Part shown: positions 37,652 through 49,693 of the stretch, in pieces
How the letters are laid out: every line of letters starts with the position of its first letter
Position numbering within the stretch: position 1 is the first letter of the stretch
Source: Lama guanicoe
Taxonomy: Eukaryota
DNA: 64,000 nt
Assembly: GCA_013239625.1 (NCBI GenBank)
Contig: MU053934.1
Location: 2,163,031-2,227,030 of the forward strand
Reading direction: 5' to 3'
Made by a program: the position numbers and the translations under genes
The notes under the pieces: model-generated
Databases searched by the model: none
What the model was told of the DNA's origin: nothing
Seen by the model: the letters and a program-made list of their open reading frames with translations, nothing else

Positions 37652-40600
37652 GCTGGATCCTGAGTTGCCCACAGCACAGACTAAGCCCACCAGGCCCCAC
37701 CCGAGGCTATGGCCTTCCTCCCCGCTGACTTCTTAGAAAAACCACCCCAGACCTGACATTCCAGATCCTTCTAGCTTCAGTCCATCCTGCCTCAGTCTCT
37801 GCAAAGGGCCACCTGCCACCAACAGGCTGGGAGGCCCCGGGCAATTCACTTCTTGACCCCACCGGCTTCCTCCCTGGCCCCTCTGCCCTCACCAGCCCCC
37901 ACACTCCCCAGCCCGCCTGCTTTATACATCTTCGTGCCACCAGCACTTGGCACAGTCCCTGAACATACCGGAGGCTCCCTGTGGATGTGTCATACTGCTA
38001 TTGCTGAATGCCTCCCTCATGTGGGTTCTAAGTATTTGCTCACTGAGGTCTTTCTGCCAGAACACCTGCTCCTACACCTGGAAAAGTCAGGCTCCTGCTC
38101 CACAGCATCACTTCCTCTGAGAAGTCCTCTAGGAGCTTCCCCTGCAGATTCCCCGGCTCTGCTCCCATGGTACCTGGGGAGGGTCCCAAGCACAACCCTC
38201 AGCCAGTGTTTCCATGCCCCCCACTTCTTGTTCACATCCCTCTCAGCCTGGCCCTGCTGACAGGGACAGCACCGGTGTCTTGGGTCCCACTGACCTACCC
38301 GAGGCGCCCCATCCTTGGTGGTCAGTGCCATTTGGATGGCTGCAGAGGGTTGGGGGAAGGGCTGAGGGCACAGTGGTTTTTTTTCCCCAGCTCATTTCCA
38401 CTGGACAACAAATCTTTTTCTCTGCAAATGGAGGATGCTTACCAGAGGGCCAGTGTCCTGGCAACTCAGAAAAGTCTAAAACAGAAAGCCAGCCCTATTT
38501 CCTGTTTGGTTCCCCAGCAAAGAGCCTCTGAGGATGGAGGCATGAGGGTGTGATGGGTGCTGTCCTGGCACATACATACCATTTCCTGTTTAACCCTATG
38601 AACTGTCAGCCCCTCCTCCCTGATAACCAAAGTGAGAAGTAAATGCCCCACAGCTTGTAAGGCGTACAGCTGGGCTGTGGTCTCACTTTTCTGCTTTGGT
38701 CCCCGGAGCAGGGCCTAGGGGTCCTGGGCCCCACAGAGAGCCTGACCTTCCATCAGGGCCGCTTCATCCCAGGAAACATCCCTGGGGCCTCGTGGCCACC
38801 TGCCCCAGCACTTGAGGAAGGGGCAGAAGAGTGACGGGTATGAGTCCACGAGGACCACACACTACAGTTTGGTCTTAAATCAGCCCAGAACCCAGGCCAG
38901 GAATCTGATTGGATTTTGCACATAAGGAAGCTGTTGGGGAGGGGAGAGGCAGGGGCTTTCTGCCAGCAACTCAGGGGCTTCTGTTTGGCGGGAGAACAGC
39001 AGCAGGTGACGTCTGATAAAAGTCCATTTGTACAAATTCCACAGACTCACACTCCATCCCTGGGTGCTCAGAGCCCAGGCTGGAATGGGTGTCCATGGGC
39101 ACAGACACAGAGGGGCTCAGGGAACACATGTGCCGGGACCTGGCCCGCTGTCCTGCAGCAGGGGGCCCCTGACTCCCACGGGAGCTGCTCAGGGCTCGAG
39201 GACGGCCTCCTCCCCCAGAGCAGAGGGCACTAGAACCCCACCCAAGGACGGCCCTTCCCAGGCAGGCGTCCTTGGCCACGTTCCTGGGCCCTGGGGCCAC
39301 GTCCTCGTGTTCTCAGGGGGTGACAGCACCCAGCTCACCAAGATTCTGTGAAGACCGACTGCGGGAACCCAGGTGACAGTGTCTAACAGGGTGAGGGCCC
39401 AGCCCAGCCCCACAGGACTGAATGCTCCCATCGCTCAGAGGAACACTGAGTGGAATCAGCAGGGAAAGGCTAGTATCCATGGGAGCCATGGTGAGTGGTG
39501 GTCGTGGTCCCACCTGTGCCTCAGATGTTCTAGATACACGTGCAGATAGAGACACAGGGCTGTGAAAGTTGAGAAAGCAGCCCAGTGGAGCAGGAGGAGT
39601 TCAGGCACCGCGCTGAGGCCCTCCGCTCCAGCACAGAGCTTCAGGATGCAGTGGGTGGAGATTATCTGTATTTTCTTTCCAATGTGGAATTGCCTCTTGG
39701 ACTCACCGTTGCATAAGGGATGGTTGGAACCAGGACCAGTAAGGAGAGTCTTCTTGTGTGTCTACTCAGCGCACGTGTGTACACAGGCAGCCCCAAATCT
39801 GGTGCCTCTTCATCTGAGACTTTCCCCCAGGGTTTGTGTCCCTATTACTCATTTTTTCCCTCATTGCTTTGCCTGACAAGTTGGTCGAAGAGTACAGTCA
39901 GCCAAACAGGCCATTCTGCCTCCTGGGAATTGCCGAGGATGAACCTAAGCTAAGGGCTGGCAGAGACTCAGGGGGCAGAACAGAAACTCCTGGAGACGGA
40001 CCTGCCTGCATCCTGTGCTCCCAGAACTGGGAATGTCTGCTGCTTCCTCCTGGTCTCTGTCCTGCCCCAGGGCCCTTCCAATGGACCCTCTTCTGCATTT
40101 CCTTTTTCAGACTCCGTTTCTGTTGGTTGTAACCCAAGGACTCTCAGGTGACACAGCTGTGGCCTGGGAACTGCATCAGATGCACAGGGAGTGCAGTGGG
40201 ATTGAGCTGTGAGGGTTCAGGGGGAAGGGGATCGATCCAAAATGACTCAAAGCCCCAGTGCCTGAAACACGGCCCATGTGATGTGCGGGAGAGACTGTGA
40301 ATTCTGCAAGGACTGGTGAAGAATTCATGAAGCAATGAACTTCATGCTTACAGTGGTCAGGCAAGCAGGTGCCCGTGACTGCTGACCTCTTCAGGAAGGA
40401 ATGGAAGGTTCGATGGGGGCCCCAGGGAAACACTCGCTGATGGGGAGGTAGAGGGACTGAGAAAAGTCTTCTGCAAGGTGGTTTTTAAACAAGGACACAG
40501 AAGGCAGTGGAGCATGAGGTGGGTGACTGAGGAGATGTCCCGGATCTTTCTCAAGTGTCTCTGACCCCCTGTCCGGAGCTCCGGGAGTGGGAGCCTGTGT

Positions 40601-41987
40601 GGCTTTCACATGCTCCACCCGTGGGAACACAGAGAGTCTGTGCCCAGTAGAGCAGGCCTGGGGGCTGTGGGAGACCAGTGCTCAGATGCTTCCTTCTTTC
40701 CTCCCTGGAGAGGGTGAATCTGAGGCCCCTCCCCACAGGCTCCTCACAAGGTCAGGGCAGACTGCATCCCCAACATGGTTGACAAAGTCTAGAACATGGC
40801 CTTGTGTTGACTTTCCCTCCTTCCCTGTTTTCTTCTGCAGCCCCTCCACATCCTGCTCCCAGGGATCCCGTGAGCCTGGCCTCCAGCTCTGCCCTCAGGA
40901 AATGAAGGCTACAGAGGCGACTCTGGGCTGCACAGAGGCTTAGGGCTTGTGTGTTGAGATATTGGGAAGCTGTTGGAGTTTTAGAAGCAGCTGCTTTCTA
41001 AGATTTTTCTTCTTAAGGCCCATTGGAGCCCACTGTGGGGAGTAGATGGAGGGAAGGGGCAGGGCCACCTGGGTAAACACAGCAAGACCCTTTGTAGAAG
41101 CTCTTGCAGGAGTCTGGGTGAAACGTGAAGGTAGCTTGGGGGAGGCTGTGTGCTCTCTGGCTGTCTCTCTCTGCCCCTCTGTTCAGGGCTGACGCTGTCT
41201 CCTACCTGCAAAGAAGCCCTTCTGATAGAAATCAGCCTGCCTGCCACATGTCAGTCCTGGGTCCCAGGTGCTGGACGGGGAACATACCAGAGCTCAGCCC
41301 AAGCCAGACGTGAATCGACTTCCCCCAGGGGTTCCCGTGGAGCTTGTGAGAACCAGGGTCTGAGGGGAATGCCTGGATGGGAGGGCAATAGCCCAGAGAA
41401 CAAGCAGGAGGAGTGATGGAGGAGTTTCTCCCTGACATCCTGGAAGAGAGGCTCCTCAGGAAGGGCGATCAGGCACCCAGAGACCAGCTGAGCCCAAGAG
41501 TCAACAAAGAAAGGCTGACTGACTCAGTGCTTATTTATTGACCCAAGAGCTATAGAACAGAAGGTGGGGCCAGCCAGAGGCAGCTCACGTATCTTGTCCT
41601 GCACCACCCCCATCTGATGAAGAAACTTAAGCTCAGGGAAGCTGAGCCTCTTGGCCCCAAATTAGTTGATCTCCTGGACACATCACAATGTTCATTATCC
41701 AGTTACTGGCATCTGGATTCATTTTTGTTTCCTTCTTTCTTTTCTTGTGTTTTCTTTTATTTTTTGATTTGGTTTGGTTTGGTTTTTCCTATCAACCTCT
41801 ATTCCAACACAGCATTTGATGTTTCACAGGAACTTCATTGGTGTCTCAGTGCACCTTGGTCCCACAGGGCACCTGGCAACTTGACAAATACTCCACCCCC
41901 TGGGGTGTCATCATCACCATCATCATCATCATACTGAAGACATCACTGCCCAATTCAGATAAATCTGCTGGAACTCAAAAGTGAATT

Positions 41988-42411
41988 TGCTTTGGAGACC
42001 ACATGCCACACAAAAAACAAGTAGCAGTCGGAGGGATGGAGGACTCAGATTTATTACGCCGGAGGGCTCTGAAGGGCTTCTACTCTGATGCTCTGAGCAC
42101 CTCCGAGACTTGTGCATGAGGTTTTATTGGGTTAATTACAAGCTTGGGGTTTTGGGCCAATGGGCATCGAACAGCTTTAGCAGCATCATTATAACAAAGC
42201 AGAGGCAGGGAGGCAGCAAACAGACATTCCAAGGCCACATATGTCTCTCTGAAAATCCCGCTGGCCAGCAAAAACTACATGAGCAGGGCATCGGCCAATC
42301 AACCCTTATTAACTTAGATTTACAAGTCAGCCCAGGAGAACTCACATCGGTCATCTGACCTTTGTTAAACTTAGATTGACAAGTTAGGCCCCGCCCGGCT
42401 TTTCCTCCTCA
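41988..42411 (-). repeat. 3' LTR of the provirus
   Basis: Begins TG right after the polypurine tract at 42412-42424, ends CA at 41988, has a minus-strand AATAAA near 42050, and is homologous to 49272-49693. Confidence 0.85.
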
Positions 42412-42429
42412 TTCCCTCCTCTTGATGCT

Positions 42430-43136
42430 TTCACAGCAGCCCTTGTTGGAGTGGGTATCATGCCTCAGCTGTTGCAGGGGCTCATAGTTGGATGCTGTCA
42501 TCTAGAGTTTCAGAGCCTCTAACCACTCACTGACAAAGTGCTCAGGAAGTTTAGGATACAGGGCCCAAACAGCAGAGCTGCAAAAATTGGGAGCAAGGGA
42601 CTTATGAATGGTGTCAGCCAGGAGGTCCAGCCCCAGGGGCCTGTCCACGGGCCCTTGTCTAAAATATGATTCCTCTTTTCCACTCAGTCCTGTAACCCTT
42701 GAACCATCCCTCTGACCATTCCTGATTGATTGGCATAAAAACAGCACTCTTCAGTAAGGAAGAGGCACAGTCCTCCCTCTCCGGCTGTCAGCAGCCCCAG
42801 ACCCCTCCTGTTTGTGAGACCACCTCGGCCAGAGAGTCACTCTGATTTTGCGGAGCTCCCAGGGTTTCATTGGAGATCCTGGCCTAACTCACCTTTAAGC
42901 TGGTAATAGTAATAAGAGGATGAGGCTATGCCACAGATTCCTGTGCCCAGCTCCCAGGTTTCATTGGAGATCCTGGCCTAACTCACCTTTAAGCTGGTAA
43001 TAGTAATAAGAGGATGAGGCTGTGCCACTGATTCCACTCACCGAGTGCCCAGCCCTGCTGCCACTCCGAGCCCCACTAGCAAGGGGAGTGAGGGCGTTAG
43101 TGTCAGTAACATCAGCCTTACGATCATCTTAGGCAT
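42430..43136 (-). pseudogene. env: ERV env remnant, TM subunit only
   Basis: Fusion-peptide-like LPLLVGLGVAAGLGT, then SLAEVVSQ, a 1-nt frameshift, and [31 protein letters not shown] (immunosuppressive domain plus CX6CC). Confidence 0.85.
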
Positions 43137-43329
43137 GATGCTGCGGTGATGGCACCAGCTATAAAATAGCTATCAGGCTCCTATGGCTTATATCCCAGGC
43201 AGGAGGGGCGGTGCTGGCCAGCCCCACTGCTAATACACAGGCTACAAGGAAAAGAGGCAAACAAGGAAAGAGGCAAAGGAACACAAGGGAAATACATTTA
43301 ACTGTTTCGTTCAGCTTTCCTCAAACTTC

Positions 43330-46300
43330 AGCCTTGCGTTGAGTAGCCAGCCTCCGGGTGTGGCTAGAGCAGGGCTCGAGGATCTTTCTCTGGTCCCTCT
43401 TGATCTTGATCTTGAGCGGGTCCCCCGGGTCGCTCTCAATTTTCCAGGGGCCCTTTGTCTAGGTCAAGTCACTCTCTTAACCCTGGAGTGGTGGATCCAA
43501 AGGATGATTCCTACATGTTTAAAAGCTCCCCTGAGCTTTGAGGCCGGTATGCTGTGTGCAGGTTACAGTGGATGCTCAGTGTCTTTGCCACTTGCTGTAG
43601 AATCTCCGCCACAAAGACGGGTTTGTTGTTGGACCCGGTGGAGGCAGGCACTTCAAACCGAGCGATGACACCCCTGAGGAGAGACTTTGCTACCTGTCTT
43701 GCTTTCTCTGTCCTGGTTGGGATGGCTTCTACCCACCCGTGAAGGTGCAGATGAAAACAAGCAGGTACTTATATCCCTTACTGGGCCTAAGTTCAGTAAA
43801 GTCCACTTCTAAATCTTCAAAGGGAGCAAATCCACATCTTGTACTCCCGTTGGCCCAGTGGGCCCTTGTTTTGGACTGGTTTGAGCACAGAGCAAGTAGT
43901 GTTGGGAGACTGATGCGCACAGGGAAGGGAGACGAGAAATCAGGAAATACCGCTTTAGGAGGGCCTCCAAACCCGTTTTTCCCACGTGTGTGGATTTGTG
44001 TTGTTGTTGGACTATGTGATAAGCTAGTCTTTCTGGGATGAAACCCTTCCATCCGTCATGATCCACCATCCGTCCTTTCCTTCCTTCCCTTGTTCGGCCT
44101 GTGCCCACGTGTTTTCATCGTGGCTGTATTCTGGGGCAGTGGGGAGCTCTGGTGCTGCCATAAGTTTAATTACTGGGTTTTCCCAGGTGGCTGCCTCTCT
44201 TGACTTTCAATCAGCCAGCCTGTTCCCCTGGCTCACAGGGTCATTTCTTTTTGGTGTCCCTTACAATGAATAACGGCAAGTTCCTTTGGATCCCATACTG
44301 CCTCCCGTAACTGTAAAATTTCTTTGTTTTTGATTTCCTTTCTCCCAGCGGTCAAAAGTCCTCTCTCCTTACAGATGGCTCCATGTACTTGCAAGGTTGC
44401 AAATGCATATTTGGAATAAGTGTATATATTGACTCGTTTTCCTTTCCCTTTCTTTAGTGCCTGGACCAGTGTCCAGATCTCTGCTCGCTGAGCAGACCAT
44501 CCCGGGGGAAGGGACTCTGCCTTTATTACCTCTCGGGTTGTTGTTACAGGGTAACCTCCTCACCGTTGTCCGTCCTACATGTAACTGCGGCCGTCTGTGA
44601 AGAGTTCCAGTTCTGGGTTTTGCAGGGACTTGTCGCTTAGATCAGGCCTGCTCGCGTGCACTTCTTCAATGATTTCTTCACAGTCCTGGTCAGGCTGCCC
44701 TTCCCCCTCAGGCAAATATGTATCTGGGTTTAAGGTTTGCACAGTCTCCAGACGGACTCTTGGATTTTCACATAGAAGCCCCTGGTAGTGGGTCATCCTT
44801 GTGTTAGTAATCCATTTGTAACCTGGGCCGTTCATCAGGGCCACCACAGAATGTGGCACCTTTACATGTATAGTCTTTCGCAGTGTGAGATTGTCTGCCT
44901 CATTGACCAGGAGGGCAGTGGCAGTGAGGGCCCGTAGACAGGGTGGCCATCCTGATGCCACAGAGTCCAGTGTTTTGGACACATAGGACACAGGGCGCTG
45001 CCATGGCCCCACATTCTGAGTCAGGACTCCAAGAGAGGTTTCATGTCTTTCATGTACAAACAGCTTACACTTTCGCGTTACATCAGGTAAGCCTAGTGCT
45101 GGGGCTTGGGTTAGCCGTTCCTGTAATTGCCTAAAGGCATTTTCTTGTTCAGTTTCCCACTTGAGGGTTTCCTTTCCTGAACCAGCAGTTGCTTCATAGA
45201 GGAGCTTGGCTATTCTTGAAAACCCGGGGATCCAGAGCTGGCAGAAGCCAGCTGTGCCCAGGAACTCTGGCACTTTCTTTTCATCTCCGGTCTGGGTACG
45301 GTGCAAATAACTTGTTTTCATTCTGGTCCGGGGGCTCGGTGTCCCTCTGAGATAATAAACCCCAGGTATTTGACTGCCTTTGTGCACATTTGGGCCTTTT
45401 TCCATGAGGTCTTGTACCCAGTTGTTTGGAGTAACCCCAAGAGGGCCCGAGTTCCTCTCCAACAGCCCTCTTCACTGGGGCTGGCTGGCAGCGAGTCATC
45501 CACATACTGCAGCAGAGTACAGTTCAATGTCCCCCAAGGGAATTTTACAAGATCTGCGGCTAGTGCCTCTCCGAACAGGGTGGGCGAGTTTTGAAAGCCT
45601 TAGGGAAGACATGTCCCCATGTCAGTTGAGTTTTCCCTCTTGTATGGGGTTTCCCCCATTCAAATGCGAACGAGGGCTGGCTCACAGGTGAGAGTCAAAG
45701 ACAGAAGATAGTGTCTTTAAGGTCATGCACGAAAACCATTTGACATCTGCTGGAATGAGGCCTAGAGGAGTATACGGATTTGGGACTGCTGGATGCATTG
45801 TAGTGATTACTTCACTTACTTTTCATAAGTCCTGAACTGGCCTATAGTCTGTTCCTTCACCAGGAGCAACAGTGTGTTCCAAGGAGATCTGCAGTCGGTT
45901 AGGATCCCCTCTTGTCGGAGGCGCTGTATATGCTTGTGGATTCCTAGGTGGGCCTCTGGAGGCATGGGGTATGGCTTCTGTCTGACCGGGCTGGCTCCAG
46001 GTTTTAGGTCAGTCACCAGTGGTGCCTGATCATGTGCCAAGCCTGGCAGCTCGTTCTCAGCCCAGACTAATGGAAACTCTTCCAGGAGTTTGTTAGGATT
46101 TTCCTGGAGTTCTCTGCTGTCATACAGACACCACTCTTCTTCTCGGGGAACTGAGATGGCTAGAATCATAGACTCTCCCCGTAGGGTCAGATGTGCCTTT
46201 TTCCCGGGGACAAAGTTAATTTGTGCCCCCAATTTATATAGAAGGTCTCTTCTGAGCAGTGGTCTCAGGCATTCAGGCAAGTATAAAAATTCTTGTGTCA

Positions 46301-46525
46301 CTAGATGGTCCCCTACTTGACAGGATCGTGATTGGCAGAAATGGCAGGCAGTCGAATCCCCAGTAGCCCCATAATAGTCACCTTTTTCTTGGAAAGGGGG
46401 GCTACAGGTTGGGTCACCACAGAATATTCTGCTCCTGAGTGCACCATAAAAGTCATTGGTTGGCCCCCCATAAACATCTTGACCTTGGGCTCCCGGGGCC
46501 CCGGGGGCCGGGAGCCTGGTCTCTC
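43330..46525 (-). pseudogene. pol: ERV pro-pol remnant (protease, RT, RNase H, truncated integrase)
   Basis: FMVHSGAEYSVVT (protease motif with D-to-H), SPWNTLLL, LLQYVDD, FLGTAGFCQLWIPGF, LFTDGRS, PFEDLEVDFTEL, YRPQSSG, WIHHSRVK. Confidence 0.9.
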
Positions 46526-48095
46526 CTATTCTGAGTCAACCCCAGCCAGTCCAATGCGATTACTGGCTGGTGGCTCCACCTGAAAAGTAGGACTTTTTGG
46601 GGGCTTTCTTCTCACCCTCTCTGTTTGGGCACTCGTTCTTCCAGTGTCCTGTCTCCCAGCAGTATGCGCACTGGTCTCGGCCCAGGGCATCCAAGGTCGC
46701 GGTCCCCTCTTCCGGGGAGGTGCAGGATTACAGGATTCTGCTGAAGCTTGTTTTCCCCACTGCTGCTGCAAGGAGCACCGCTTTCTGCTTCATTCGCTGG
46801 TCTGCCTCTCGTTGGGCTTCCCGGGTTTGGTTTACAAAAGCCTTGTTTGCTGCTTCCATCAGCTGTGTAGTGTTCATCCCTGCGAATCCATCCACATTTT
46901 TTTGGAGTTTCCGGCGTATATCTTGGCACGACTGGGCTACCAAGGCAGCGTTGACCATCCGCTGGTTTTCTTGGGCCTCAGGATCTAAACAAGTGTAGAC
47001 TCGGAATGCTTCACATAGTCTCTCATAGAAGTCAGTGTGGGTTCCGACTGGCCTCTGGGTCACCCTGGTCGTTCTAGACATGTAAGTCGGCATCTAGACT
47101 CCTGCTTTTAGCCTCTATAGGATGGCCTCCCGGTGCTCACGCGGTGCGTCTCTTCCTTCTTGGGTGTTAAAGTCCCAGTCTGGTCTGGGGTCAGGGGCCC
47201 GTGTCAACACCCAGTGTGTCCCCAGGGGCTCGGCCCTGCAGCCATGTTCGTGCTTCAGAGAGAATGCGTTTCCTCTCCTCCGTATTGAGAAGAGTCAGGA
47301 GCAGCTGGCGAACATCTTCCCTGGTGGGCCGGTGAGAATGGAAAATAAACTCTACGAGGTCAATCAGCCTGCAGTTTTTCAGAGCAGGAAGGAGCATGAT
47401 GGCGCCAAATGAGAAGGTCTGTAGTGCTAAAGGGTTGGTAGCAGAGTACGGGGTGATCGGGCTGAGCAGTCCCGTCCTCCCCAACTTGCTGTGGCCCTTG
47501 TGTCCCCTGCAGCGGCACTTGGAGGGCCGGGGGTGCTGGCCTCCTGGCTTGTGCTGAGTGGAGTCTCCTTCCTACCGGCTCAGGCTGGGGGCTGGGCTCT
47601 GCCTCCGCGTCCTCAGGCTGGGGAGGTGGTGACACAGAGGGTGGCGGTGTCTCCAGTGGGACCGGAGGTGTCAGTGCCCTGGGGGCATACAGAGGGGACA
47701 GGCACAAATCGTCCTCTGTGTCTCCCTGGAAAATAAGCTTTTCTCTGTCTTTTTGGGACCAGCTGAGCTGCTAATATCTTGCATTGTCCAGGTCCATTTG
47801 AGCAGAACCGAATCCATGGGGGTAGAGTCTGGGCGATATTCAGCCAGGAGTGAATGTAAGGGAATTGATCTGGGTGGCCTGGGGTTCCTGAGATGATTCG
47901 ATAGACTGCTCGCACTGTTGCTAGGTCCAGGGTTCCTCCTGAGGGCCACCCGACTCCAAAGGCCGGCCATTCAAGCTCACACAAAGTGCAGAGCCTGCCA
48001 GGGGTCATTTGAACTCTATAGTCTCCTGAGAACCCCTTTTTGCAATTCTTAATCATGCAGCGTAGGGTGGTAAGTTTCGGCTACAAGCCTCCCAT
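46526..48095 (-). pseudogene. gag: ERV gag remnant (MA, CA, NC)
   Basis: MGGL*PKLTTLRCMIKNCKKGFSGDY...CELEWPAFGVGWPSGGTLD...GHPDQFPYI (gamma-type matrix), YQPFSTTDLLIW, FYERLCEAFRVYT (major homology region). Ends in TAG at 46526-46528. Confidence 0.9.
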
Positions 48096-49249
48096 TCTGT
48101 CAGGATGTTTAAGGATAATAGATCTGTTGCTTTGGGTGTTTCAGAAGGTAGCCTTTATATCTTTTCCTTCTTCACTCCTCAAAACAGCAGAGTTCCCAGA
48201 GAGACCGCTCTCTTGCTGGCTCTGAGTCATTTGAAGGCTAATTTGTTCAGGGAGTCTGGGTTCCAGTCACAGCTGATGTTCTGGAGCCCAAGGCCTCAAG
48301 CCGTTGCAGGGTCTTCCTCACTTAATCCTCTCTATGTCCTGAACTAACATACGGAGGGTGTGGGACTGACGCCCGAAGGCAAAGCTAATGGGCTAGAAAG
48401 GGGACTTCCAAGGCCAGGTGAGCCCAGTCCTGAAGAAATGTGTCTTCTAAACTCAAGTCCTGGGGGTCTGAGGCTGGGCAAAAGGGGCGCTGCTTGAGTC
48501 GGTTCAGTAGGGGAACAATAAGTCTCCGGTGTTCTGTGACAGGGCCAGGTAGGAGACTTTCTCAAAGAAATAGCATCCTAGCCTCCAAGGGCACAGGGGG
48601 CGTTGACTCATTGGCTGTTTTATGTCCCTTTCCCTCCCAGTATAGCCACCCTGTGCCGGTGTCGCAGACAAGACAAGGGAGGGTTTTCGCTGCATCTGCC
48701 TGGCCGCTCCCCTCGCAGGGACGAAGGTGCCTCTGAGCTTTGGCGGGTCAGTGTGAGGCGCTGACTCTGATCAGGACCGTGAGTGACCGATACCGCCCTG
48801 AGCCGTATGAGGTCACCACGGAACCGCAGGTTGGGACTCACTCCAACTCCGTAGCAGAATCCTGTGGAGCTTCAAACTCGAGCCTGATCGCGTGCTTCAC
48901 AGGCCGCTCATTCACTCACACACACACACAGAGGTCAACAACAGTCCTCCCGCCAATCCCAGTATCCTGCTTCCTGTGGGAGGGGATCCGCCTCCTCCTC
49001 TGTCCACTGGGACAGGACCTGATCCCTCCCGGGGAATCCTACCTTGTCTGGACGGCCACCTGGTGAGTCTGTCTGTCCCTCCAAGGAGTCTGGCTCTGGT
49101 CGTAGCCCAGCCACCCAGGGGACCGAGCTGCTGTCATGAAAGTGAACCCGGAATGCCATCGGGTGGCGCCACCTCATTTGGTGCTGGAGTCCCATCCCCC
49201 AGTCAGCCAAAACCACCAGTCCAGCGGCTCAAGGGTCCAGTATGATTGA

Positions 49250-49267
49250 ATCTCACTGGGCCCTCCA
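49250..49267 (-). other. Primer binding site, best match tRNA-Thr
   Basis: TGGAGGGCCCAGTGAGAT matches 16/18 positions of the complement of the tRNA-Thr(TGT) 3' end as I recall it (TGGAGGCCCCAGCGAGAT). Confidence 0.65.
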
Positions 49268-49271
49268 GAAA

Positions 49272-49693
49272 TATTACAGAAATGACAGACCAGCCAAGAA
49301 ACAAGCACCGCTCAGAGGGTTGGAGCACTCAGATTTATTACGCCGGCGGACTTAGAGGGGCTTCTGCTCTGAAGCTCTGAGCACCTCCAAGACATGCGCA
49401 TGAGGTTTTATAAGGTTAATTACAAGCTTGGGGCATTTGGCCAATAGGCATGGAACAGCTTTAGTAGCATCAATTTCATAAAAGCAGAGGCAGGGAGACA
49501 GCAAACCAACATTTCAAGGCCACATATGTCTCTCTGGAAATCCAGCTGGCTAGCAAAATACATGAGCAGGGAATCAGCAAACCGATCCTTATTAACTTAA
49601 ATTTGCGACTTAGCCCAGGAGAACTCAGATCAGCAATCCAACACTTGTTACACTTAGATTTACAACTAGGCATAGTCCGGCTTTTCCTTCTCA
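49272..49693 (-). repeat. 5' LTR of the provirus
   Basis: Begins TG at 49693, has minus-strand TATAAAA near 49410 and AATAAA near 49335, and is followed by the PBS. Confidence 0.85.

Larger units (their letters stand above)
41988..49693 (-). mobile_element. Decayed class I (gamma-like) endogenous provirus, LTR-gag-pro-pol-env remnant-LTR
   Basis: Two related LTRs, a PBS, a polypurine tract (minus strand caagaggagggaa|TG), and gag, pol and env motifs in order with many stops and frameshifts. Confidence 0.95.

Noticed and set aside
42430..43136. Syncytin-like co-opted env
   Set aside because: No SU, several stops and frameshifts including one in the immunosuppressive domain.
44575..45462. 295-aa pol ORF as a possible domesticated gene
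   Set aside because: It is frameshifted near its start, excludes the YVDD motif, and is surrounded by stops, as expected for neutral decay.
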